Source: an uncultured Bacillota bacterium
Lineage (GTDB): Bacteria > Sysuimicrobiota > Sysuimicrobiia > Sysuimicrobiales > Segetimicrobiaceae
Assembly (NCBI GenBank): GCA_963804645.1
Contig: CAWDRG010000009.1
Coordinates: 928,001-992,000 of the forward strand
DNA length: 64,000 nt
Direction: 5' to 3'
The notes beneath the pieces were generated by a model. It was given only the letters and a program-made list of their open reading frames with translations. It did no database searches and had not been told where the DNA came from. The stretch's first letter is position 1. Every line of letters begins with the position of its first letter. Shown one piece after another: positions 9,693-18,584 of this stretch. A program made the position numbers and the translations under genes.

Positions 9693-10814
9693 ATGAGCGA
9701 CAGCACGCTCCGCGTTGGGGTCCTCGGCGCCGGAAAATGGGCCGCGTCCGCGCACGTCCCCGGGTGGACGCGCGATCCGCGCGTCAAGGTCGTCGTGATC
9801 TGCGACGTCGAGCAGGACAGGGCGAAAGAGGTCGCGGGCCGCTTCGGGATCCCCGAGACGACCGGCGACTGGGAAGCCGTGGTCTCGCGGCCCGACCTCG
9901 ACGTCATCGACGTCGTGACGCCGTCCCGCACGCATTTCGAGCTGGCCTGGGCCGCGCTCAACGCCGGCAAGCACGTGCTGTGCGAGAAGCCGGTAGCCCG
10001 CGACTTTCGCGACACGCGCCGGGCGGCGGCGCTGGCGCGCGAGCGCGGGCTCAAGACCAAGCTCGGATTTACCTTCCGCTACAGCCCCGGGGTGCGGTAC
10101 GCGTGGGCGATGATGGAGGAGGGCTTCGTCGGCCGGCCGTTCGTGTACAACGGCTACGAGCAGAACTCGCAGTGGCTGGATCCGAAGACCCCGCTCCGTC
10201 AAGTCGACCACACCGCGGACCAGTCGGTGCTGCGGACCTCGTCGCTCGAGGGCTACGGGGCCCCGGTCATCGACATCGGCCACTGGTGGGTCGGCGCCGA
10301 CTACACCCGCGTCGTCGGCACGATGCGCAACTTTATCCCGGAGCGGATGGTGCGCGACACCGGCCGCACCATGCGCATGAACATCGACGATGGGACCATC
10401 TACATCGGCGACTACGCGAACGGCGCCATCGGCACCATCCAGACGAGCTACGTCACGATCGGCAACTACCCCGGCATCGAGGTCCGCCTCTACGGCGAGA
10501 AGGGTGCGATCATCTGCCGGCTGATCGAGGAGTTCGGGGTCGCCGAGACCATCAAGGTCGCGACGCCGGGCGAGGTCGAGTTCAAGGAGCTCGAGATCCC
10601 GAAGCACTTCTACCCGAAGGACGGGCACCCGCGTGAGTCCTGGCGCACGCTCTTCTATGCGAACCTGGTCAAGGACTTCATCGACGAGATCCGCAGCGGG
10701 GACGCGCGCAACCAGGGTAACTTCGACGACGGCGCTTGGGTGCAGGAAGCGATCAACGCCGTCGAGCGCTCGTTCCACGAGCGCCGCTGGGTCGACCTTC
10801 CGCTGGAGTCCTAG
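9693..10814 (+). CDS. Gfo/Idh/MocA family NAD(P)-dependent oxidoreductase
   Basis: VGVLGAGKWA, AGKHVLCEKP, GFTFRYSP. RBS AGGAGG at 9681. Confidence 0.92.
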   Translation: MSDSTLRVGVLGAGKWAASAHVPGWTRDPRVKVVVICDVEQDRAKEVAGRFGIPETTGDWEAVVSRPDLDVIDVVTPSRTHFELAWAALNAGKHVLCEKPVARDFRDTRRAAALARERGLKTKLGFTFRYSPGVRYAWAMMEEGFVGRPFVYNGYEQNSQWLDPKTPLRQVDHTADQSVLRTSSLEGYGAPVIDIGHWWVGADYTRVVGTMRNFIPERMVRDTGRTMRMNIDDGTIYIGDYANGAIGTIQTSYVTIGNYPGIEVRLYGEKGAIICRLIEEFGVAETIKVATPGEVEFKELEIPKHFYPKDGHPRESWRTLFYANLVKDFIDEIRSGDARNQGNFDDGAWVQEAINAVERSFHERRWVDLPLES

Positions 10815-10826
10815 CGCGGTGCCGGC

Positions 10827-12524
10827 ATGAGCGGCGGAGCGTCCACCACGCCGGGCGGGACGCCGGGGTTCGACGCCTGGCTCGACGCGTTTTTTGCCTC
10901 GTACTACCGGCACCGTCCGGTGGACGCGACCTTCGTCGGCGTCCACGCGTACGACCACCGCCTGCCCGACCTGTCTCCCGACGGCACGGCCGCGCTCAAG
11001 GCCGAGATGGAGGCGCTGCTCCGGCGGCTCGGAACGCTTCCCTCCGAGCGCCTCAGCGAGGCGCAGACGATCGACCGCCGGCTGGCCGAGGGGTTCCTCC
11101 GCATCCAGCTGTGGGAGAGTGACTCCCACCACTTTCAGCGCGGCAACCCTAGCACGTATACCGGCGAGGCGGTGTTCGGCATCATCAGCCTGCTGCAGCG
11201 GGAGTTCGCGCCGCTCGAAGAGCGGCTCGAATCGGCCGCCGCGCGGATGGAGGCGATTCCCGCGCTGCTCCGCACCGCCACGGCGGCCGTCCGGACGGCG
11301 CCGGCCGCGTGGATCGCGCGCGCGATCCGGGAGTGTGACGGGGCGCTCGCGCTCTTTCCGGCGGGGATCGCGACGCTGCTCGCCGGGCGCGGCGTCGAGC
11401 ACCCGCGCGCCTCGGCGGCCGCCGAGCGCGCCGCCGCCGCCTTCGTTGAGTTCCGCCGGTACCTCGACGTCGACCTCCGCGCCCGCGCGACGGACGCGTA
11501 CGCGTGCGGGGAGGAGCCGTTCGCCCTGCTGCTGCGCTGGGGACACTGCTTGGACGAGGACGCCCGGACGATCGCCGCCTACGCGGACGACCAGATGGCC
11601 GTGTGCGAGGCCGAGCTCGCGGCGCACGCGCGGGAGTTTGGGGCGGCGACGTGGCGGGAGGCGCTCGCGCAGCTGGCGGAGCGCCACCCGACGGTCGACA
11701 CGTACTACCGGCGGTACCAGGAGGTGTGGGACGCGGCGCGCGCCGCCGCCGAGGCGCACCGGCTGGTTACCTGGCCCGACTTCCCGATCCGGTACGTGCC
11801 GCGGCCGCGGTGGGCGCGGCAGGCCGCCCCATTCCTCTATTTCCTGCACTACCGCACCCCCGCGCCCTTCGATAGGGTGCCCGTGCTCGACTACCTCGTC
11901 ACGCCGATCGAACCGGACATGCCGGAGAGCGAGCAGCGCCGGTTGCTGCGCGCGACGAACGACAGCGTGATCAAGACCAATCACGTGGTGCACCACGGGG
12001 GCCTCGGCCACCACATCCAGAACTGGCACGCCCCCCGCGCCGCCTCCCGGATCGGGCAGGTGGCCGCGGTCGACGGCGCCGCCCGCCTCGCGATGTTCTG
12101 CGCGGGGACGATGGCCGAGGGCTGGGCGTGCTACGCGACCGACCTGATGAACGAGATCGGCTTCCTCGATCCGCTCGAGCGGTACGCGCAGCGTTACGCG
12201 CGTCTCCGGATGGCGGCGCGCGCCGTGGTCGACGTCCGGCTGCACAATGGGATCTACACGCTCGACGACGCGATCGCATGCTACCGGGACCGCGTCGGCA
12301 TGTCCCCCGAGGCGTCCAGGGACGAAGCGGTCAAGAACAGCCTGTTCCCCGGCGCGGCGCTGATGTACATGGTCGGCACGGACCTGATCCACGGCCTGCG
12401 CCGCTCGCTGGCCGCGCGGCCGGGGTTTGATCTCCGCGGGTTCCACGACCGGTTCCTGTCGTACGGGTCGGTCCCCGTCGCGCTCGTGCGGGACGCGATG
12501 ATCGGGTCCCGCCCGCTCGGCTGA
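10827..12524 (+). CDS. DUF885 family protein (HHxxxGHH variant)
   Basis: PVDATFVGVHAYDHRLPD, HHGGLGHHIQ, AEGWACYA, RAVVDVRLH, FDLRGFHDRFLSYGSVP. Confidence 0.88.
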   Translation: MSGGASTTPGGTPGFDAWLDAFFASYYRHRPVDATFVGVHAYDHRLPDLSPDGTAALKAEMEALLRRLGTLPSERLSEAQTIDRRLAEGFLRIQLWESDSHHFQRGNPSTYTGEAVFGIISLLQREFAPLEERLESAAARMEAIPALLRTATAAVRTAPAAWIARAIRECDGALALFPAGIATLLAGRGVEHPRASAAAERAAAAFVEFRRYLDVDLRARATDAYACGEEPFALLLRWGHCLDEDARTIAAYADDQMAVCEAELAAHAREFGAATWREALAQLAERHPTVDTYYRRYQEVWDAARAAAEAHRLVTWPDFPIRYVPRPRWARQAAPFLYFLHYRTPAPFDRVPVLDYLVTPIEPDMPESEQRRLLRATNDSVIKTNHVVHHGGLGHHIQNWHAPRAASRIGQVAAVDGAARLAMFCAGTMAEGWACYATDLMNEIGFLDPLERYAQRYARLRMAARAVVDVRLHNGIYTLDDAIACYRDRVGMSPEASRDEAVKNSLFPGAALMYMVGTDLIHGLRRSLAARPGFDLRGFHDRFLSYGSVPVALVRDAMIGSRPLG

Positions 12525-12643
12525 CGGGCCGGACGCGGGCGCTGCGAGAGGAGAAGCCTCTCGCCGCACCGTAAACAGGCCGCGTGACCGAGCGGCCGGC
12601 GGCGCTCTTGCAGCGGCTGTCCGGCGCCACAGGAGGGATGCCT

Positions 12644-14284
12644 ATGGGACATCAGGGGCAGGGCACCAGCGGACGGTTCGGGCGGCGGCGATTTCTCGCC
12701 GCGGCCGGTGCATCGGCGGGCGCACTCACGCTGGGATGGGCCGGAGCCCCGCGCCGGGCGGCGGCCGCTCCGACGCGGGGCGGGACGCTGTCCTACGGGT
12801 TGGGGTTCGATCTCGACGGCACGATGGACCCGCACGTCACGAACTTCGATTCGACGATCCGCGTGACCCAAAACATCTGCGAGCCGCTCGTCTGGGAGCC
12901 GAACCCGGGACACTTCGTGCCGGCGCTCGCCGAGTCGTGGACGATCTCCTCCGACGTGAAGACGTACACGTTCAAGCTGAAGAAGGGCGTCAAGTTCAGC
13001 GACGGCACGCCGTTCAACGCCGCGGCGGTGAAGTTCACGATGGACCGGATCGCCGATCCGGCCACGAAGGCGGGCCAGTCCCACGACCAGCTGGGGCCGT
13101 ACGACCACACCGAGATCGTCGACGACTCCACGGTCAAGCTGGTGTTCAAGGAAGGCTACGCCGCGCTGATGACCAACCTGAACGGCTACATCGGGATCGT
13201 GTCGCCGGCGGCCGTTCGCCAGATGGGCGCCGACTTCGCCCGCCATCCGGTCGGCACCGGCCCGTTCCTGTTCAAGGAGTGGGTGACGAACGACCACATC
13301 ACGCTCGTGCGGAATCCGGACTACAACTGGGGCTCGTCGTACTTCACGAACCGCGGGCCGGCGTATCTGGACTCGGTCGTGTTCAAGATCATTCCCGACC
13401 CGTCCGTCCGGACCGGGACGCTGACGAGCGGGGAGACCCAGTACATCGACGGCATCGATCCGCTCCAGTACGGGTCGCTGCTTCGGGACCGGCGCTTCTC
13501 GGTGGTGCGCAAGGGCAACCCCGGGTCGGGGCGGCTCGTCCTGCTCAACATGACGAGCAAGGGCCCCATCTCCGACGTCGCGGTGCGCCACGCGATCCAG
13601 TTCGGCGTCGACCGCGAGGGGTTCAATCAATCGGTGTTTCATGGCCTGATGGTCGTCTCCGGGAGCCCCCTCATGAAGCCCACGTTCGCGTACGATCCGG
13701 CGTCCGCGCAGCTCTACCCCTACAACCCGACGAAAGCTAAGGCCCTGCTCGAAGAGGCCGGGTGGAAGGTCGGCGGCGACGGGACTCGGACGAAGGGGGG
13801 CCTGCGGCTGACCCTTGACTTCCCGATCATCGGGCGGGCTCAGGACAAGGCGATGGCGGAGTCGTTCCAGGCCAGCCTGGTCGACATCGGGATGGACGTG
13901 CGGGTGACGCCGCTCGAGATCGGCGCGTTCAGGGCGCGGGTCGCCCAGAATACCTACGACGCGAACTTCATGTGGCTCGAGTACGGCGACCCCGACGTGC
14001 TGACCGCGATATTTCACACCCAGAATCCCGGGCCGGGGTTCAACCGCGGGCGGTACAGCGTGCCGGAGGTGGACCGCTGGCTCGAGCAGGCGGGCGCCAC
14101 GAACGACGCGCCCACGCGGATCAAGCTGTACGCCCAGATTCAGCAGCGCGTGCTGAACGACGGCGCCGTCGTGCCGCTCATCGACACGATCACGTACAAC
14201 GCGAAGCGGGTCGAGGTGCACGGCGAGGTCATGGACGCGCTGGCCGATTACGTGTATCTGAACGACGTGTACGTGGCGAAGTAG
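12644..14284 (+). CDS. peptide/nickel ABC transporter substrate-binding protein (family 5), Tat signal
   Basis: GRRRFL Tat motif; PALAESW..YTFKLKKGVKFSDGTPFNA; PVGTGPF; RNPDY. Confidence 0.93.
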   Translation: MGHQGQGTSGRFGRRRFLAAAGASAGALTLGWAGAPRRAAAAPTRGGTLSYGLGFDLDGTMDPHVTNFDSTIRVTQNICEPLVWEPNPGHFVPALAESWTISSDVKTYTFKLKKGVKFSDGTPFNAAAVKFTMDRIADPATKAGQSHDQLGPYDHTEIVDDSTVKLVFKEGYAALMTNLNGYIGIVSPAAVRQMGADFARHPVGTGPFLFKEWVTNDHITLVRNPDYNWGSSYFTNRGPAYLDSVVFKIIPDPSVRTGTLTSGETQYIDGIDPLQYGSLLRDRRFSVVRKGNPGSGRLVLLNMTSKGPISDVAVRHAIQFGVDREGFNQSVFHGLMVVSGSPLMKPTFAYDPASAQLYPYNPTKAKALLEEAGWKVGGDGTRTKGGLRLTLDFPIIGRAQDKAMAESFQASLVDIGMDVRVTPLEIGAFRARVAQNTYDANFMWLEYGDPDVLTAIFHTQNPGPGFNRGRYSVPEVDRWLEQAGATNDAPTRIKLYAQIQQRVLNDGAVVPLIDTITYNAKRVEVHGEVMDALADYVYLNDVYVAK

Positions 14285-14307
14285 CGCCGCGAACACCCCG
14301 TGCGCGA

Positions 14308-14345
14308 AGCCCCGTCCGGCGCGGCGCGGTCCCGCCGGCGGGGCT
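14308..14345 (+). other. intercistronic stem-loop after the SBP gene
   Basis: Arms AGCCCCG-T-CCGGCG / CGCCGG-CGGGGCT; typical position for an mRNA-stabilising hairpin. Confidence 0.45.
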
Positions 14346-14389
14346 CGAGGACGGGCTGACCGCCGCGGCAGCCGACTGAGCCGGCGCCC

Positions 14390-15313
14390 ATGAGCCGCTA
14401 CATCACGCAGCGCGTGATCCACCTGCTCCCGATCCTGATCGGGATCTCCGTGGTCACGTTCCTGATGCTGCACCTGATCCCCGGGGACCCGGTGCTGATC
14501 TTCGCCGGCGACAAGCCCTTGACCGAGCAGCGGCACGAGGAGCTGCGCCACGAGCTGGGGCTGGACCGGCCGCTCTGGGCGCAGTACTGGACGTACGTCA
14601 CCGGGATCGCGCACGGGGACCTCGGTGTCGGTCTGCACAGCGGCCGCCCGGTGCTGGACAGCATCCGGGAAGCCGCCCCGGCGACGGCCGCCCTCACCTT
14701 GAGTGCGCTCGGCGTCGCGGTGGTCCTCGGCCTCGGCCTCGGGATCGCCGCGGCGCTCGCCCACGGGACTTGGTTCGACACGGTCACGATGACGATCGCG
14801 ATCCTCGGCGTGTCGATGCCGGTGTTCTATCTCGGCCTGCTGATGATCATCTTCTTCTCGTTCGATCTCCGCTGGTTTCCCGCGACCGGGCAGGGGGGAT
14901 TCTCGCACCTCGCGATGCCGGCGGCGGCACTCGGGCTCGTGACCTCGGCGGTCCTCGCCCGGCTCGTGCGGTCGAGCATGCTCGCCGTGCTTCGCGAGGA
15001 CTACGTGCAGACGGCCCGGGCGAAAGGGCTGCCCCGCGCGATCGTGGTCCTGCGCCACGCGCTCAAGAACGCGCTGATCCCCATCCTAACGGTCCTCGGC
15101 CTGCAGCTCGGCGCCCTGCTCAGCGGCGCGGTGGTCACCGAGACGATCTTCTCCCGGGCCGGCCTGGGCCGGCTCGCGGTCGACGCCATCTTGAACCGCG
15201 ACTATTCGCTGGTCCAGGGGGCGGTGCTGTTTTCGGCGCTCGTGTACGTCATCGCCAATCTGCTGGTCGACGTGGCGTACGCTGCCGTCGACCCGCGCAT
15301 CCGGTACGAATAG
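14390..15313 (+). CDS. peptide ABC transporter permease (DppB/OppB-type)
   Basis: PGDP, LGLDRPL..QY, EDYVQTARAKGL, HALKNAL, DPRIRY. Confidence 0.95.
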   Translation: MSRYITQRVIHLLPILIGISVVTFLMLHLIPGDPVLIFAGDKPLTEQRHEELRHELGLDRPLWAQYWTYVTGIAHGDLGVGLHSGRPVLDSIREAAPATAALTLSALGVAVVLGLGLGIAAALAHGTWFDTVTMTIAILGVSMPVFYLGLLMIIFFSFDLRWFPATGQGGFSHLAMPAAALGLVTSAVLARLVRSSMLAVLREDYVQTARAKGLPRAIVVLRHALKNALIPILTVLGLQLGALLSGAVVTETIFSRAGLGRLAVDAILNRDYSLVQGAVLFSALVYVIANLLVDVAYAAVDPRIRYE

Positions 15314-15335
15314 TGGGCGCGCAGGGAGTTGCGCG

Positions 15336-16244
15336 ATGAGCGCCGGCAGGCCCGCCGCGAGCGCCGCATCACCGGCGCCGCCGCAGACCGGTGCCCCGGC
15401 GATGCGCCGGTCGCCGGCGCTGCTCGCCCGGCGCGCGTCCCACAGCAAGAACGCGCTGGCGGGGGGCACGCTCCTGGTCCTGATCGGGCTCGCGGTCGTG
15501 CTGGCGCCGCTGATCAGTCCTTACAGCCCGTTCGCGACGAACCAGCGCGCCGGGCTCGCCCCGGTGAGCGCGGCGCATCTGATGGGGACCGATCGGTTCG
15601 GGCGCGACATCTTCTCGCGCGTCCTGTGGGGGGGCCGGCTGTCGCTGCTGGTGGGGGTCGTCTCCGTCTCGCTCGCGGCGACGGCCGGCGTCGCCCTCGG
15701 GCTGGTGGCGGGGTACTACGGACGGACCGCCGACACGGTCATCATGCGCTTCGTCGATCTCTTGGTGTCGTTTCCGAGCATTCTCTTGGCGCTCGCGGTC
15801 GTCGCAACGCTCGGGAGCAGCCTGTTCAATTTGATGATCGCCGTCGGCATCTCGTCGGTGCCGAACTACGTGCGTGTGACCCGGGGGATGGTCCTGACGC
15901 TCAAGGAGCGGGAGTTCGTGCTCGCGGCGCGGGTGGCTGGGTGTCCACCCTACCGGATCATGACGCGCCACATCCTGCCGAACGTGGTGTCTCCGCTGAT
16001 CGTGCTGACCACGTTGGGCACCGCCGGCGCCATCATCACCGGATCGACGCTGAGCTTTCTGGGGCTGGGGATCCAGCCGCCCACGCCCGAGTGGGGCAAT
16101 ATGCTTGCCGACGGCCGGGAGTTCCTGGGGACCGCGTGGTGGGTGGCGTTTTTCCCGGGGCTCGCGATCATGCTGGCCGTGTTTGCGATTAACCTGCTGG
16201 GAGACGGGCTGCACGACGTGCTGGATCCGCACGTCCGGCTGTAG
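15336..16244 (+). CDS. peptide ABC transporter permease (DppC/OppC-type)
   Basis: HLMGTDRFGRDIFSR, EFVLAAR, HILPN, LSFLGLGIQPPTPEWG, NLLGDGL. Confidence 0.95.
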   Translation: MSAGRPAASAASPAPPQTGAPAMRRSPALLARRASHSKNALAGGTLLVLIGLAVVLAPLISPYSPFATNQRAGLAPVSAAHLMGTDRFGRDIFSRVLWGGRLSLLVGVVSVSLAATAGVALGLVAGYYGRTADTVIMRFVDLLVSFPSILLALAVVATLGSSLFNLMIAVGISSVPNYVRVTRGMVLTLKEREFVLAARVAGCPPYRIMTRHILPNVVSPLIVLTTLGTAGAIITGSTLSFLGLGIQPPTPEWGNMLADGREFLGTAWWVAFFPGLAIMLAVFAINLLGDGLHDVLDPHVRL

Positions 16245-16320
16245 CGGGGACGCGGCCCGAAGCCTCGGGCGCACCTGAGACCGAGGATGGATACGAACAC
16301 TTGCACACGAGGAGGGACAG

Positions 16321-17124
16321 ATGGAATTCGAACGCAAGGTGGTGTGGTTGACGGGAGGGGGCGGCCGCATCGGCCCGACGATCGCGGCCGCGTTTGCGCG
16401 GGAAGGCGCCGCGGTCGGGATCTGCGACCTCGACGGCGCGCGGGCCGAACGCGCGCGGGACGCCGTGCTCGCGGCGGGCGGCCGGGCCGTGGCGATCCAG
16501 GGGGATGTGAGCGTCGAAGCCGACGTGGCGCGCATGCTGGACGGCATCACGGCGGCGGTCGGCCCGGTGGACATCCTCGTGAACAGCCACGGCGTGTCGC
16601 CGAACATGCCGCTGCTCGAGATGGACCTCGAGACCTACCAGTCCTCGTTCACCGTCAACACGCAGGGGTGCTTCCTCACGTGCCGCGCTGCGGCCCGGCA
16701 GATGGTCGCGCGCGGCGCGCGCGGCACGCTGATCAACATCTCGTCCGGCGCCGCGACCTCCGGCCGCCCCGGGTCGTCCGCGTACTGCGCGTCGAAGGCG
16801 GCGATCAACATGCTGACGCAGGTCTTCGCGACCGAGCTCGGCCCCCACGGTATCCGCGTGAACGCGGTCACCCCGGGGCTCGTCACCGACCATCCGCTCC
16901 ACCGGGGCGAGGGCAGCCATCCGTACCTGAATCTGATGATCGACATGACGCCGCTCGGCCGGACCGGCGTCCCGGACGACATCGCGGCCGCGGTGCTCTC
17001 CGTGGCGTCCGACCGGCTGGCGTGGGTTACCGGCGCCAATCTGGAAGTGACCGGGGGCTCGCACTGCGGGCGGACGAACGCGCCGTTCACGCCCCGGCTG
17101 GGCGCGCAGGGACGGCCCGCGTGA
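16321..17124 (+). CDS. SDR family oxidoreductase
   Basis: TGGGGRIG, DILVN, YCASK, IRVNAVTPG. RBS GGAGGG. Confidence 0.93.
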   Translation: MEFERKVVWLTGGGGRIGPTIAAAFAREGAAVGICDLDGARAERARDAVLAAGGRAVAIQGDVSVEADVARMLDGITAAVGPVDILVNSHGVSPNMPLLEMDLETYQSSFTVNTQGCFLTCRAAARQMVARGARGTLINISSGAATSGRPGSSAYCASKAAINMLTQVFATELGPHGIRVNAVTPGLVTDHPLHRGEGSHPYLNLMIDMTPLGRTGVPDDIAAAVLSVASDRLAWVTGANLEVTGGSHCGRTNAPFTPRLGAQGRPA

Positions 17125-17299
17125 CCTCCGGCCGCTGAATCCAAGGAGATCACGCGGCTCCCACCGCGGCTGCACCGCGCACTCGAGAAATTCGTCTACG
17201 ACGTGCTCGGGGATCCGAGTGCTCCGCGCACCCCGGCATCTTCTGCACCTGATCCAAGACGCGGCCGGGTGACGCCGCACCCGGTGCGCCTCGCGGCGA

Positions 17300-18496
17300 T
17301 CACGATGCGCCGATGATCAGGTCATCGAGCCGCTTCGTAAACCGGGTGACCGGCTCCGGTGCGTCGCTGCCCACGATCACGGTGTCCGAGTTTCGGAACC
17401 CGCCGAGCCCCGGCACGAAGAGCGCCGGCTCGGACGAGAACACCATCCCGGCGCGCAGCGGCCGGTAGTTGAAGGCGGTGTCGTCGGGATACTCGTGTCC
17501 TGCGATCCCGATGCCGTGTCCGGCACGATGGTACAGGTACTCGCTGGTTCCCGCCTCGTTGTGGACCGCCTGCGCGACCGCGTCAATCTCGGCGACGACG
17601 TGGCCCTCGGTCATCACCGCGATGGCCGCGTGCTGCGCTTTCGACATCACCTCGAAGTATCGCCGCTGGTCGGCGCTCGAAGGCCCGATCACGTAGGTGC
17701 GTTCGTTCTCCACGCCGTAGCCGTTGATCCGGAGGACGACGACGCTGAGCACGCTGTCGCCGGGTCGGAGGGCGCGCCCCGAATTGGCGCCCGAGTTGTG
17801 CGGGCAGATGCTGTCCTCGCCGGCCACGCCGGAGGCGCGGACTTCGATGAGTTCCGCAGGGTGCCGCTGCGCGACGTGCACGCCGAGCCGGCGTGCCGTC
17901 TCGAGCGACACCTCGATAATCGGGACCCCCGGCGCGAGCAGCGCCTTGAACTGCGCCTGCCCCCAATCGCTGAGCTCGCCGCAGACCCGCATCAGCCCAA
18001 GTTCCTCCGCCGACTTGACGAGCCGCAGGTCGCGGATCACGTCAGCCCGATCTTCGAACGCCAGGTCCGGCAGCGCCGCCCGGATTCCCGGCGACACGGG
18101 GCCGAGGGTGTCCACCGCGACGCGCCCCCGCCGGACCCCGAGGTCCCGCAGCGTGTCCACGAACAGCCGGTCCCACTCGGGCCGGAGGTACGTGCGGCGC
18201 ACCTCGCTGAGGTGTTCGAGGTAGATCCGCGCGTCCGTCACCCAGCACGATTCGCGGGCGACCGCCATCTGAAAGTGGTTGGTGGAGAGCTCGTTGAGGA
18301 TGAGGACGGGATCGCCGTCCCGCGGGAAGATCGCGGCGACCGGGCGTTCCCACGGCTGCACGTCCAGGTGGAAGTTGCTCACGTAGAAGAAGTTGTCGCT
18401 GGTGAACACCACGTACGCCTGACAGTCGTGCTCGGTCAGGAACGCCCGCAACGCGTGTCGACGCCGGCCGCCTTCATTCAGTGAGAGCCGCAGCAC
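17300..18496 (-). CDS. M24 (pita-bread fold) family hydrolase, creatinase-like
   Basis: Creatinase-N domain, LRLVKSAEE, GYGVENERT, HRAGHGIG..HEYP, SSEP, GGFRNSDT. Confidence 0.85.
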   Translation of the reverse strand: MLRLSLNEGGRRRHALRAFLTEHDCQAYVVFTSDNFFYVSNFHLDVQPWERPVAAIFPRDGDPVLILNELSTNHFQMAVARESCWVTDARIYLEHLSEVRRTYLRPEWDRLFVDTLRDLGVRRGRVAVDTLGPVSPGIRAALPDLAFEDRADVIRDLRLVKSAEELGLMRVCGELSDWGQAQFKALLAPGVPIIEVSLETARRLGVHVAQRHPAELIEVRASGVAGEDSICPHNSGANSGRALRPGDSVLSVVVLRINGYGVENERTYVIGPSSADQRRYFEVMSKAQHAAIAVMTEGHVVAEIDAVAQAVHNEAGTSEYLYHRAGHGIGIAGHEYPDDTAFNYRPLRAGMVFSSEPALFVPGLGGFRNSDTVIVGSDAPEPVTRFTKRLDDLIIGAS

Positions 18497-18584
18497 CGTT
18501 CGCCTCCCCCCTCCTCGCGCGGTGGCGCGTTCGCGCCCTCCTGCTCATGCGGCGGCCGCATCCTCGCGCCGCCGCCGCGTCCCG

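Noticed and set aside
9270..15058. Very long antisense ORFs (1099 aa and 925 aa here; similar ones at 18522, 29452, 35042)
   Set aside because: Shadow frames of clearly identifiable genes; expected at high GC3 and lacking recognisable motifs.
17125..17299. GCTGAATCC..AGG resembling the 5' end of the c-di-AMP (ydaO) riboswitch; also GGTGAATC..TAGG near 28404
   Set aside because: The other conserved ydaO segments are missing, and the first site lies between convergent genes.
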